NCBI GenBank assembly: GCA_964016885.1
Contig: OZ024741.1
Coordinates: 278,008,001 to 278,072,000, forward strand
Source: Eledone cirrhosa
Taxonomy: Eukaryota
DNA length: 64,000 nt
Direction of reading: 5' to 3'
Part shown: positions 41,751 through 56,896 of the stretch, in pieces
Layout of the letters: every line of letters begins with the position of its first letter
How positions within the stretch are numbered: the first letter of the stretch is position 1
Program-made: the position numbers and the translations under genes
The notes under the pieces: model-generated
Seen by the model: the letters and a program-made list of their open reading frames with translations, nothing else
The model's database searches: none
What the model was told of the DNA's origin: nothing

Positions 41751-41802
<52 letters not shown>

Positions 41803-41933
41803 CATGTGTGTGTGTGTATGTATATATGTGTATATATGTATATATGTATGTATATATATGTATATGTGTATATGTATGTGTGTATATATATATATGTATA
41901 CGTATGTGTGTGTATATATGTATGTGTATGTAT

Positions 41934-41977
<44 letters not shown>

Positions 41978-42914
41978 ATGTATGTATATATATATATATA
42001 TATATGTGTGTATATATATATATGTATGTATATATATATATATATGTTTGTGTATGTATATATGTCTATGTGTATTTGTGTGTATATACATGTATATTCG
42101 TGTTTGTATGTATGCGTGTGAGTGTATTTATTTGTGTATATATATATGTGCGTGTGTGTGTATGTATGTGTATGTGTGTGTGTGTATCTGTATATATATA
42201 TGTGTGTGTGTATATATGTGTATATATTTTTATATATATATGTATATATATATATATATATACATGTATTATATATGTATGTGTGTATGTATGTCTGTAT
42301 GTACGTGTGTGTACATGAATATATATTTATATATTTTTATATATATGTGTGTGTGTTTTTATGTGTGTATATGTGTTTGCGTGTGTGTTTATGGTTGCGC
42401 GTAAGTGTGTGAGTGAGTATGTGTGTTTTTTGTTTTTTTGTTTTTTTGTGAATGTGTCTGTTGATTTTTGGCATATAGTTGATTAGTTTAAGAGAAGTTC
42501 GAAGATAATAGTAAGATATGCACTCAGTATTTTGAATCTGTCTGCAGAATTCTGTAGACCTTTGTCACTTAGTAGAACCTTAATGACTTTAGCTTTTAAA
42601 GAATCTCCCTTTTCTTTAGTTCTATTGACTATGACTGACCCCCCACTGATTTTATAGACATCTGTTAGCTTAAGAGAAACTTATTGACAAGGAATGGTAG
42701 GCCATCCGGAACCTGTTTATAGAATTCTGTCTGCCCTTGTTACTCTAAAAACATAAATAAATAAAAATAAAAATAAAAATAAACTATAGCTTTGTAGAAT
42801 TAGCTTTTAATGAATTCCCTTTTCTATCAACCAATGACCTGCACCCATCCCACTCCCCACCCTCTCCTACCACTTGTAGAGACCTATAAATACCATATTT
42901 ATTTTTTGATACCC

Positions 42915-42965
42915 AGATTCCTGATGATTTCAAATGAATGAAACAGTTCTAGTCCTGTAGAATCT
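42915..42965 (+). ncRNA. Type I hammerhead ribozyme motif in a Penelope-like terminal segment
   Basis: agattc-CTGATGA-[tttc aaat gaat]-GAAA-cag ttctagtc ctg-TA-gaatct. Confidence 0.75.
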
Positions 42966-42980
42966 CATCTATATTAAAAC

Positions 42981-43038
<58 letters not shown>

Positions 43039-43104
43039 TATATTAGAAAGTGAGGTTTTTTTTACGAAATGAAAAATAACCGAGGTGTCCTACACGAGTG
43101 GAAG

Positions 43105-43362
43105 TATAAAGAAAAAGAGATGAAATCGAAAATGCAACTGAAGTCTTATTTTTTTTTAAAATATATATATTTATTTGGTTCCTTTACCGGTTTCGCAGTT
43201 CTTCTGCTTTTCAAAAGGTGAGTTGAGATGGAGGGTCTGTGGTTTTTCTCACATCCGAAGATCCACAAATGTAAAATAATCAACGATGCCTGTAAACAAT
43301 CCACCTCAGCCTGCGTGAACACACAATACCCCACAGACCTTAAATTAAGACCAATATATATG

Positions 43363-43393
<31 letters not shown>

Positions 43394-43420
43394 GTATATA
43401 TATATACGTATATATATATG

Positions 43421-43453
<33 letters not shown>

Positions 43454-43640
43454 GTATATATATATGTATATATGTATATATATATATATATATGTGAGAA
43501 AAACCACAGACCCTCCATCTCAACTCACCTTTTGAAAAGCAGAAGAACTGCGAAACCGGTAAAGGAACCAAATAAATATATATATTTTTAAAAAAAATAA
43601 GACTTCAGTTGCATTTTCGATTTCATCTCTTTTTCTTTAT
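43105..43640. repeat. ~150-bp inverted repeat pair (43105-43254 and 43492-43640), Penelope-like end
   Basis: The arms are near-exact reverse complements, separated by ~100 bp of unique sequence plus (TA)nTG. Confidence 0.9.
43528..43565 (+). ncRNA. Minimal hammerhead with U3-A8 core variant
   Basis: cctt-TTGAAAA-gcag aagaa ctgc-GAAA-ccgg-TA-aagg. A mirror copy lies at 43181-43218 (-). Confidence 0.65.
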
Positions 43641-43667
43641 ATATATATATATGTATATATATATTTG

Positions 43668-43820
<153 letters not shown>

Positions 43821-43831
43821 GTATATATGTA

Positions 43832-43940
<109 letters not shown>

Positions 43941-43971
43941 GTATATATATATATATGTATATATATATATG

Positions 43972-44087
<116 letters not shown>

Positions 44088-44140
44088 TGTATATATATGT
44101 ATATATATGTATATATATGTATATATATGTATATATATGT

Positions 44141-45327
44141 ATCATCATCATCATCATCATCATCAACGTTTAACGTCCGTGTTCCACGCTTGCATGGGTT
44201 TGGACGGGGGTAGTCCCACTTGAGGCAAGAGTGATTGTCTTGCTCGCATAGGACTGTCTGGCAGGTTTTCTACAGTTGGATGCCCTTCCTAACACCAACC
44301 ACATTTACAGTGTGGGTCTGGGAGGTTTTTACCGTGTTGCCTACACGGCCACATTACAGCGTGGACTGTGTGTTTTTTTGTCGTGACACCTACACGATCT
44401 CATTTGTTTCGGCCTGGATGGCGCGGCACCAACATAACTTTACATAGAACGGGGTGGTGTGGATGGGGTGGGGGTGGCGGCGGGAGGGGTGTATTTTGTT
44501 AGATATGCCTACTGGCAAGGCGGGTCTTCTCTGTTACTGAGTACCGCCAAAGGTCACGGTCCAGTGACATTGTCTTGGAGAGGTGTAAGTGTGTGAGGTC
44601 GGAGTTTATCAGCTCATCCCATGTTTTTCTAGGTCTGCCTATTCCGTGGCTACCGTCTATCTTTATTGCCCTGCACTTTGTAATACAGCTATCGACTTTC
44701 ATGCGCATCACGTGTCCATACCAACGCAGCCTTCTCTCGAGTAAACAACATCTGATCCCTCTTATCTCTAATTTTTTCCTTAGTTCGTTTATGCTTTGCC
44801 GTTCACGTATATTACTGTTACACATCCAGCGGAGCATGCAAGCTTCGTTCCTCTCTAGTCTGCGTATATCCTCTTCACACAATGCCCAGGTCTCACTACC
44901 ATGCAACATTGCTGTTCGTATGCAGGCATCGTACAACCTGCCTTTCATTTTTAGGGAGAACCCTTTAGCAGCTAATAGTGGTATAAGCTCTCTGAACTTT
45001 TTCCAACCAGTTCTGACTCTAGCTACAGTACTTTCAGAGCACCCTCCCCCACTGCTGATTTTATCGCCCAGGTAACGGAAGCTGTCCACTATTTCGATAG
45101 AACCCTCTGCGCAATTGAAAGAGCTAGTATTTTGTGGGCACTTGCTGCTACTTATTGCACCAGAACACCGGCCACATGTAAAGTCTATGTTCTTAGTTAG
45201 CTTACCTGTGATCCCACTACATCTTTTATGCACCCATACTTTGCATTTAGGACATAAGATGGAGTTTCTACCTACGCCTTTCCTACATACCGAGCACGAC
45301 CATTTCCCAGAAGGGACCGCCGCCTTG
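44141..45327 (-). mobile_element. Young RTE LINE, 5'-truncated, subfamily B
   Basis: KAAVPSGKW...TRLASRHI*, 3' UTR and (GAT)n. Near-identical to 30127-31307. Confidence 0.96.
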
Positions 45328-45373
45328 TATATATATATATATGTATATATATGTATATATATGTATATATATG

Positions 45374-45514
<141 letters not shown>

Positions 45515-45533
45515 GTATATATAAATATATATG

Positions 45534-45564
<31 letters not shown>

Positions 45565-45580
45565 GCATATATATATATAT

Positions 45581-48140
45581 ATATAGAGGGAGAGTGGGAA
45601 TTTCTGAAAGCAAACCTGCTGTTGGCGACAGACGAGGTCTGTGGCTGGAGCAGGCCTGTAGGCAGGAGGAGAGTAACATGGTGGTGGAACAGTAAGGTGG
45701 AGGGGTCAATTAAGGCCAAAAAGCAGGCTTGGAAAGTATGGCGGGATGGGGGAAGTAGAGAGGACTATCAAGTGGCCAGGAGGGAAGCTAGGAGACAAGT
45801 GTACTTAGCAAGAAGGGAAGCTGAGGAAAGAAAGTTCAAGCATGTTCTACAACGCGATGACCAAAAACGTGAGGTGTTCAGGATTGCTAGGCAATGCGTC
45901 AAGGAAAACCGTGATATTGTCGGGGAGAAGTGTGTACTAAACGACGATGGCACACTTGCCATCACCGACGCTGATAAGAAGGTAGCTTGGAAGTGTCACT
46001 ATGAAAGGCTTCTAAATGAGGAGAATAATTGGGAGAAAGGCAGTCTCCCCCATATCGACCCAATAGAGGGACCAGCAGTGTTAGTCGAGGGGAGTATAAT
46101 AAGTAAGGCAATCAAGGATATGAAGACTGGTAAGGCGGCTGGGCCTTCGGAAATAGTTGCTGAGATGCTGAAGGCATCTGGCACGGTGGGACACACCATG
46201 GTCACCCGCATAGTTAACCAAGTCGTACAGAATGGGGTTGTTCCGAAGGACTGGCATAGCAGCATCATCGTTAACTGTTATAAGGATAAAGGAGACGCCC
46301 TAGATAGGAGTAACTATAGAGGCATTAAATTAATCGACCAGGTCATGAAGGTCACGGAAAGAGTAATAGCGCAACTAATCAGAGAGAGAATTGACCTAGA
46401 TGAAATGCAGTTCGGGTTTGTGTCAGGCAAAAGTACCACAGACGCTCTTTCATAGTACGACAACTACAGGAGAAGTACCTAGCTAAAGGTAAACCCCTCT
46501 ACTTAGCTTTTGTCGACTTGGAGAAAGCCTTCGACAGAGTCCCCCGCTCCATTATCTGGTGGGCTCTTAGAAAACTAGGCGTTGACGAATGGCTTGTGAG
46601 GGCTATACAAGCCATGTATAAAGAAACAGTCAGCAAGGTTAGAATTAACAACGAATATAGTGAAGAGTTTAGCGTAAAAGTTGGCGTCCATCAGGGCTCT
46701 GTTCTCAGTCCACTACTATTTATTATTGCCCTTCAGGCTATAACAGAGGAGTTCAAGACAGGCTGCCCATGGGAACTCCTATACGCCGACGACCTGACAC
46801 TCATAGCGGAATCAATGGCCGAGCTAGAGAAGAAATTCCAAACATGGAAGCACGGCCTAGAGTCAAAAGGACTTAAAATTAACCTGGCTAAGACCAAAGT
46901 ACTAGTTTGTAGGAAAGAAAACAAGGCGGCGGTCCCTTCTGGGAAATGGTCGTGCTCGGTGTGTAGGAAAGGCGTAGGTAGAAACTCCATTTTATGTCCT
47001 AAATGCAAAGTATGGGTGCATAAAAGATGTAGTGGGATCACAGGTAAGCTAACTCAGAACATAGATTTTACATGTGGCCGGTGCTCTGGTGCAATAAGTA
47101 GCAGCAAGTGCCCACAAACTACTAGCTCTTTCAATTGCGCAGAGGGTTCTATAGAAATAGTGGACAGCTTCCGTTACCTGGGCGATAAAATCAGCAGTGG
47201 GGGAGGGTGCTCTGAAAGTACTGTAGCTAGAGTCAGAACTGGTTGGAAAAAGTTCAGAGAGCTTATACCACTATTAGCTGCTAAAGGGTTCTCACTAAAA
47301 ATGAAAGGCAGGTTGTACGATGCCTGCATACGAACAGCAATGCTGCATGGCAGTGAGACCTGGGCATTGTGTGCAGAGGATATACGCAGACTAGAGAGGA
47401 ACGAAGCTTGCATGCTCCGCTGGATGTGTAACAGTAATATACGTGAATGGCAAAGCATAAACGAACTAAGGAAAAAATTAGAGATAAGAGGGATCAGATG
47501 TTGTTTACTCGAGAGAAAGCTACGTTGGTATGGACACGTGATGCGCATGAAAGTCGATAGCTGTATAACAAAGTGCAGGGCAATAAAGATAGACGGTAGT
47601 CACGGAATAGGCAGACCTAGAAAAACCTGGGACGAGCTGATAAACTCCGACATCACACACTTACACCTCTCCAAGACAATGTCACTGGACCGAGACCTTT
47701 GGCGGTACTCAGTAACAGAGAAGACCCGCCTTACCTAAATATATAGTAAAACCTACTCCAGCCAGTAGGCATCTCTAACAAAATACACCCCGTCCCACCA
47801 CCACCACCCCCACCCGATCCACACCACCCCGTTCTATGTAAAGTTATGTTGGTGCCGCGCCATCGAGGCCGAAACAAATGAGATCGTGTAGGTGTCACGA
47901 CAAAAAAACACACAGTCCACGCTGTAATGTGGCCGTGTAGGCAACACGGTAAAAACCTCCCAGACCCACACTGTAAATGTGGTTGGTGTTAGGAAGGGCA
48001 TCCAACTGTAGAAAACCTGCCAGACAGTCCTATGCGAGCAAGACAATCACTCTTGCCTCAAGTGGGACTACCCCCGTCCAAACCCATGCAAGCGTGGAAC
48101 ACGGACGTTAAACGTTGATGATGATGATGATGATGATGAT
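45581..48140 (+). mobile_element. Young RTE LINE, 5'-truncated, subfamily A, 1-bp frameshift at ~46450
   Basis: IEGEWEFLK...TRLT*, followed by the 3' UTR and (GAT)n. Confidence 0.96.
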
Positions 48141-48141
48141 G

Positions 48142-48190
<49 letters not shown>

Positions 48191-48198
48191 GTATATAT

Positions 48199-48557
48199 AT
48201 CATCATCATCATCATCAACGTTTAACGTCCGTGTTCCACGCTTGCATGGGTTTGGACGGGGGTAGTCCCACTTGAGGCAAGAGTGATTGTCTTGCTTGCA
48301 TAGGACTGTCTGGCAGGTTTTCTACAGTTGGATGCCCTTCCTAACACCAACCACATTTACAGTGTGGGTCTGGGAGGTTTTTACCGTGTTGCCTACACGG
48401 CCACATTACAGCGTGGACTGTGTGTTTTTTTGTCGTGACACCTACACGATCTCATTTGTTTCGGCCTCGATGGCGCGGCACCAACATAACTTTACATAGA
48501 ACGGGGTGGTGTGGATGGGGTGGGGTGGGGTGGGACGGGGTGTATTTTGTTAGAGAT
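48199..48557 (-). mobile_element. Young RTE LINE, 3'-UTR-only copy, tail-to-tail with the preceding copy
   Basis: Reverse complement of 47768-48140, separated from it by ~60 bp of (TA)nTG. Confidence 0.93.
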
Positions 48558-48579
48558 GATATATATATATATGTATATA

Positions 48580-48822
<243 letters not shown>

Positions 48823-48843
48823 ATATATATATATATATATGTG

Positions 48844-48896
<53 letters not shown>

Positions 48897-48929
48897 GTAT
48901 ATATATGTATATATATATGTATATATATG

Positions 48930-49004
<75 letters not shown>

Positions 49005-49085
49005 GTATATATATATATTATATGTATATATATATATTATATGTATATATATATATGTATATATATATATATGTATATATATATG

Positions 49086-49153
<68 letters not shown>

Positions 49154-49162
49154 TATTATATG

Positions 49163-49301
<139 letters not shown>

Positions 49302-49601
49302 CAAAATGAAAACAAAATTTCATTTCTCACTCTTAGTATGGCACTTACTTAAATGTAAGTATGCATGTATACGTACATACATATATGTATACAGACGTAC
49401 AGTAGCATGCACATATATATATATATATATACATATATATATACATATGCATACAGGTACACATACATATATGCACGTATCAGTTTAGCGGCGCTTATTA
49501 TAACGTCGCTTTGTTCGTTTGTAAACAAACTGAACAGCCTGAATTTATGCCATACGGTGTTAAGGCAACCACGTCACCTTTTTGTTCAACACTGACACAG
49601 G

Positions 49602-49646
49602 AACGATGTACTAGTTTCAAGCTTGTTAGCTATCATCAGCACCGTT
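49602..49646 (-). ncRNA. Minimal type I hammerhead ribozyme, first array unit (repeats every ~474 bp)
   Basis: aacggtg-CTGATGA-t agct aaca agct t-GAAA-ctag-TA-catcgtt. Stem I is 7 bp with one G-U, stem II is 4 bp, and stem III is the palindrome CTAG. Confidence 0.82.
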
Positions 49647-49719
49647 TACCCATCTGCCAGATAGTTGAACGTTCGAAAGTATATACTTTCCTTATGAAAA
49701 TTAACGGCTGAGCAGCCTA

Positions 49720-49727
49720 ATTTGCAT
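49720..49727 (-). promoter_or_regulatory. Octamer motif ATGCAAAT in each complete 474-bp unit
   Basis: ATTTGCAT on the + strand, ~75 nt upstream of the hammerhead in its sense orientation. Function is not demonstrated. Confidence 0.4.
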
Positions 49728-52700
49728 ATTGAGTGAGTTAAATCGGTCAGGCATACCGAAAACGATAAATTGAAACAAAATGAAAACGAAATTTCATTTC
49801 TCACTCTTAGTATGGCACTTACTTAAATGTAAGTATGCATGTATACGTACATACATATATGTATACAGACGTACAGTAGCATGCACATATATATATATAT
49901 ATATACATATATATATACATATGCATACAGGTACACATACATATATGCACGTATCAGTTTAGCGGCGCTTATTATAACGTCGCTTTGTTCGTTTGTAAAC
50001 AAACTGAACAGCCTGAATTTATGCCATACGGTGTTAAGGCAACCACGTCACCTTTTTGTTCAACACTGACACAGGAACGATGTACTAGTTTCAAGCTTGT
50101 TAGCTATCATCAGCACCGTTTACCCATCTGCCAGATAGTTGAACGTTCGAAAGTATGTACTTTCCTTATGAAAATTAACGGCTGAGCAGCCTAATTTGCA
50201 TATTGAGTGAGTTAAATCGGTCAGGCATACCGAAAACGATAAATTGAAACAAAATGAAAACGAAATTTCATTTCTCACTCTTAGTATGGCACTTACTTAA
50301 ATGTAATTATGCATGTATACGTACATACATATATGTATACAGACGTACAGTAGCATGCACATATATATATATATATATACATATATATATACATATGCAT
50401 ACAGGTACACATACATATATGCACGTATCAGTTTAGCGGCGCTTATTATAACGTCGCTTTGTTCGTTTGTAAACAAACTGAACAGCCTGAATTTATGCCA
50501 TACGGTGTTAAGGCAACCACGTCACCTTTTTGTTCAACACTAACACAGGAACGATGTACTAGTTTCAAGCTTGTTAGCTATCATCAGCACCGTTTACCCA
50601 TCTGCCAGATAGTTGAACGTTCGAAAGTATATACTTTCCTTATGAAAATTAACGGCTGAGCAGCCTAATTTGCATATTGAGTGAGTTAAATCGGTCAGGC
50701 ATACCGAAAACGATAAATTGAAACAAAATGAAAACGAAATTTCATTTCTCACTCTTAGTATGGCACTTACTTAAATGTAAGTATGCATGTATACGTACAT
50801 ACATATATGTATACAGACGTACAGTAGCATGCACATATATATATATATATATACATATATATATACATATGCATACAGGTACACATACATATATGCACGT
50901 ATCAGTTTAGCGGCGCTTATTATAACGTCGCTTTGTTCGTTTGTAAACAAACTGAACAGCCTGAATTTATGCCATACGGTGTTAAGGCAACCACGTCACC
51001 TTTTTGTTCAACACTGACACAGGAACGATGTACTAGTTTCAAGCTTGTTAGCTATCATCAGCACCGTTTACCCATCTGCCAGATAGTTGAACGTTCGAAA
51101 GTATATACTTTCCTTATGAAAATTAACGGCTGAGCAGCCTAATTTGCATATTGAGTGAGTTAAATCGGTCAGGTATACCGAAAACGATAAATTGAAACAA
51201 ATGAAAACGAAATTTCATTTCTCACTCTTAGTATGGCACTTACTTAAATGTAAGTATGCATGTATACGTACATACATATATGTATACAGACGTACAGTAG
51301 CATGCACATATATATATATATATATACATATATATATACATATGCATACAGGTACACATACATATATGCACGTATCAGTTTAGCGGCGCTTATTATAACG
51401 TCGCTTTGTTCGTTTGTAAACAAACTGAACAGCCTGAATTTATGCCATACGGTGTTAAGGCAACCACGTCACCTTTTTGTTCAACACTGACACAGGAACG
51501 ATGTACTAGTTTCAAGCTTGTTAGCTATCATCAGCACCGTTTACCCATCTGCCAGATAGTTGAACGTTCGAAAGTATATACTTTCCTTATGAAAATTAAC
51601 GGCTGAGCAGCCTAATTTGCATATTGAGTGAGTTAAATCGGTCAGGCATACCGAAAACGATAAATTGAAACAAAATTTCATTTCTCACTCTTAGTATGGC
51701 ACTTACTTAAATGTAAGTATGCATGTATACGTACATACATATATGTATACAGACGTACAGTAGCATGCACATATATATATATATATATACATATATATAT
51801 ACATATGCATACAGGTACACATACATATATGCACGTATCAGTTTAGCGGCGCTTATTATAACGTCGCTTTGTTCGTTTGTAAACAAACTGAACAGCCTGA
51901 ATTTATGCCATACGGTGTTAAGGCAACCACGTCACCTTTTTGTTCAACACTGACACAGGAACGATGTACTAGTTTCAAGCTTGTTAGCTATCATCAGCAC
52001 CGTTTACCCATCTGCCAGATAGTTGAACGTTCGAAAGTATATACTTTCCTTATGAAAATTAACGGCTGAGCAGCCTAATTTGCATATTGAGTGAGTTAAA
52101 TCGGTCAGGCATACCGAAAACGATAAATTGAAACAAAATGAAAACGAAATTTCATTTCTCACTCTTAGTATGGCACTTACTTAAATGTAAGTATGCATGT
52201 ATACGTACATACATATATGTATACAGACGTACAGTAGCATGCACATATATATATATATATATACATATATATATACATATGCATACAGGTACACATACAT
52301 ATATGCACGTATCAGTTTAGCGGCGCTTATTATAACGTCGCTTTGTTCGTTTGTAAACAAACTGAACAGCCTGAATTTATGCCATACGGTGTTAAGGCAA
52401 CCACGTCACCTTTTTGTTCAACACTGACACAGGAACGATGTACTAGTTTCAAGCTTGTTAGCTATCATCAGCACCGTTTACCCATCTGCCAGATAGTTGA
52501 ACGTTCGAAAGTATATACTTTCCTTATGAAAATTAACGGCTGAGCAGCCTAATTTGCATATTGAGTGAGTTAAATCGGTCAGGCATACCGAAAACGATAA
52601 ATTGAAACAAAATGAAAACGAAATTTCATTTCTCACTCTTAGTATGGCACTTACTTAAATGTAAGTATGCATGTATACGTACATACATATATGTATACAG

Positions 52701-55700
52701 ACGTACAGTAGCATGCACATATATATATATATATATACATATATATATACATATGCATACAGGTACACATACATATATGCACGTATCAGTTTAGCGGCGC
52801 TTATTATAACGTCGCTTTGTTCGTTTGTAAACAAACTGAACAGCCTGAATTTATGCCATACGGTGTTAAGGCAACCACGTCACCTTTTTGTTCAACACTG
52901 ACACAGGAACGATGTACTAGTTTCAAGCTTGTTAGCTATCATCAGCACCGTTTACCCATCTGCCAGATAGTTGAACGTTCGAAAGTATATACTTTCCTTA
53001 TGAAAATTAACGGCTGAGCAGCCTAATTTGCATATTGAGTGAGTTAAATCGGTCAGGTATACCGAAAACGATAAATTGAAACAAAATGAAAACGAAATTT
53101 CATTTCTCACTCTTAGTATGGCACTTACTTAAATGTAAGTATGCATGTATACGTACATACATATATGTATACAGACGTACAGTAGCATGCACATATATAT
53201 ATATATATATACATATATATATACATATGCATACAGGTACACATACATATATGCACGTATCAGTTTAGCGGCGCTTATTATAACGTCGCTTTGTTCGTTT
53301 GTAAACAAACTGAACAGCCTGAATTTATGCCATACGGTGTTAAGGCAACCACGTCACCTTTTTGTTCAACACTGACACAGGAACGATGTACTAGTTTCAA
53401 GCTTGTTAGCTATCATCAGCACCGTTTACCCATCTGCCAGATAGTTGAACGTTCGAAAGTATATACTTTCCTTATGAAAATTAACGGCTGAGCAGCCTAA
53501 TTTGCATATTGAGTGAGTTAAATCGGTCAGGCATACCGAAAACGATAAATTGAAACAAAATGAAAACGAAATTTCATTTCTCACTCTTAGTATGGCACTT
53601 ACTTAAATGTAAGTATGCATGTATACGTACATACATATATGTATACAGACGTACAGTAGCATGCACATATATATATATATATATACATATATATATACAT
53701 ATGCATACAGGTACACATACATATATGCACGTATCAGTTTAGCGGCGCTTATTATAACGTCGCTTTGTTCGTTTGTAAACAAACTGAACAGCCTGAATTT
53801 ATGCCATACGGTGTTAAGGCAACCACGTCACCTTTTTGTTCAACACTGACACAGGAACGATGTACTAGTTTCAAGCTTGTTAGCTATCATCAGCACCGTT
53901 TACCCATCTGCCAGATAGTTGAACGTTCGAAAGTATGTACTTTCCTTATGAAAATTAACGGCTGAGCAGCCTAATTTGCATATTGAGTGAGTTAAATCGG
54001 TCAGGCATACCGAAAACGATAAATTGAAACAAAATGAAAACGAAATTTCATTTCTCACTCTTAGTATGGCACTTACTTAAATGTAATTATGCATGTATAC
54101 GTACATACATATATGTATACAGACGTACAGTAGCATGCACATATATATATATATATATACATATATATATACATATGCATACAGGTACACATACATATAT
54201 GCACGTATCAGTTTAGCGGCGCTTATTATAACGTCGCTTTGTTCGTTTGTAAACAAACTGAACAGCCTGAATTTATGCCATACGGTGTTAAGGCAACCAC
54301 GTCACCTTTTTGTTCAACACTAACACAGGAACGATGTACTAGTTTCAAGCTTGTTAGCTATCATCAGCACCGTTTACCCATCTGCCAGATAGTTGAACGT
54401 TCGAAAGTATATACTTTCCTTATGAAAATTAACGGCTGAGCAGCCTAATTTGCATATTGAGTGAGTTAAATCGGTCAGGCATACCGAAAACGATAAATTG
54501 AAACAAAATGAAAACGAAATTTCATTTCTCACTCTTAGTATGGCACTTACTTAAATGTAAGTATGCATGTATACGTACATACATATATGTATACAGACGT
54601 ACAGTAGCATGCACATATATATATATATATATACATATATATATACATATGCATACAGGTACACATACATATATGCACGTATCAGTTTAGCGGCGCTTAT
54701 TATAACGTCGCTTTGTTCGTTTGTAAACAAACTGAACAGCCTGAATTTATGCCATACGGTGTTAAGGCAACCACGTCACCTTTTTGTTCAACACTGACAC
54801 AGGAACGATGTACTAGTTTCAAGCTTGTTAGCTATCATCAGCACCGTTTACCCATCTGCCAGATAGTTGAACGTTCGAAAGTATATACTTTCCTTATGAA
54901 AATTAACGGCTGAGCAGCCTAATTTGCATATTGGGTGAGTTAAATCGGTCAGGTATACCGAAAACGATAAATTGAAACAAAATGAAAACGAAATTTCATT
55001 TCTCACTCTTAGTATGGCACTTACTTAAATGTAAGTATGCATGTATACGTACATACATATATGTATACAGACGTACAGTAGCATGCACATATATATATAT
55101 ATATATACATATATATATACATATGCATACAGGTACACATACATATATGCACGTATCAGTTTAGCGGCGCTTATTATAACGTCGCTTTGTTCGTTTGTAA
55201 ACAAACTGAACAGCCTGAATTTATGCCATACGGTGTTAAGGCAACCACGTCACCTTTTTGTTCAACACTGACACAGGAACGATGTACTAGTTTCAAGCTT
55301 GTTAGCTATCATCAGCACCGTTTACCCATCTGCCAGATAGTTGAACGTTCGAAAGTATATACTTTCCTTATGAAAATTAACGGCTGAGCAGCCTAATTTG
55401 CATATTGAGTGAGTTAAATCGGTCAGGCATACCGAAAACGATAAATTGAAACAAAATTTCATTTCTCACTCTTAGTATGGCACTTACTTAAATGTAAGTA
55501 TGCATGTATACGTACATACATATATGTATACAGACGTACAGTAGCATGCACATATATATATATATATATACATATATATATACATATGCATACAGGTACA
55601 CATACATATATGCACGTATCAGTTTAGCGGCGCTTATTATAACGTCGCTTTGTTCGTTTGTAAACAAACTGAACAGCCTGAATTTATGCCATACGGTGTT

Positions 55701-56851
55701 AAGGCAACCACGTCACCTTTTTGTTCAACACTGACACAGGAACGATGTACTAGTTTCAAGCTTGTTAGCTATCATCAGCACCGTTTACCCATCTGCCAGA
55801 TAGTTGAACGTTCGAAAGTATATACTTTCCTTATGAAAATTAACGGCTGAGCAGCCTAATTTGCATATTGAGTGAGTTAAATCGGTCAGGCATACCGAAA
55901 ACGATAAATTGAAACAAAATGAAAACGAAATTTCATTTCTCACTCTTAGTATGGCACTTACTTAAATGTAAGTATGCATGTATACGTACATACATATATG
56001 TATACAGACGTACAGTAGCATGCACATATATATATATATATATACATATATATATACATATGCATACAGGTACACATACATATATGCACGTATCAGTTTA
56101 GCGGCGCTTATTATAACGTCGCTTTGTTCGTTTGTAAACAAACTGAACAGCCTGAATTTATGCCATACGGTGTTAAGGCAACCACGTCACCTTTTTGTTC
56201 AACACTGACACAGGAACGATGTACTAGTTTCAAGCTTGTTAGCTATCATCAGCACCGTTTACCCATCTGCCAGATAGTTGAACGTTCGAAAGTATATACT
56301 TTCCTTATGAAAATTAACGGCTGAGCAGCCTAATTTGCATATTGAGTGAGTTAAATCGGTCAGGCATACCGAAAACGATAAATTGAAACAAAATGAAAAC
56401 GAAATTTCATTTCTCACTCTTAGTATGGCACTTACTTAAATGTAAGTATGCATGTATACGTACATACATATATGTATACAGACGTACAGTAGCATGCACA
56501 TATATATATATATATATACATATATATATACATATGCATACAGGTACACATACATATATGCACGTATCAGTTTAGCGGCGCTTATTATAACGTCGCTTTG
56601 TTCGTTTGTAAACAAACTGAACAGCCTGAATTTATGCCATACGGTGTTAAGGCAACCACGTCACCTTTTTGTTCGTTTTCATTTTGTTCGTTTTCATTTT
56701 CATTTTGTTCGTTTTCATTTTGTTTCAATTTATCGTTTTCGGTATGCCTGACCGATTTAACTCACTCAATATGCAAATTAGGCTGCTCAGCCGTTAATTT
56801 TCATAAGGAAAGTATATACTTTCGAACGTTCAACTATCTGGCAGATGGGTA

Positions 56852-56896
56852 AACGGTGCTGATGATAGCTAACAAGCTTGAAACTAGTACATCGTT
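56852..56896 (+). ncRNA. Hammerhead of the inverted terminal unit
   Basis: aacggtgCTGATGAtagctaacaagcttGAAActagTAcatcgtt read directly on the + strand. Confidence 0.82.
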
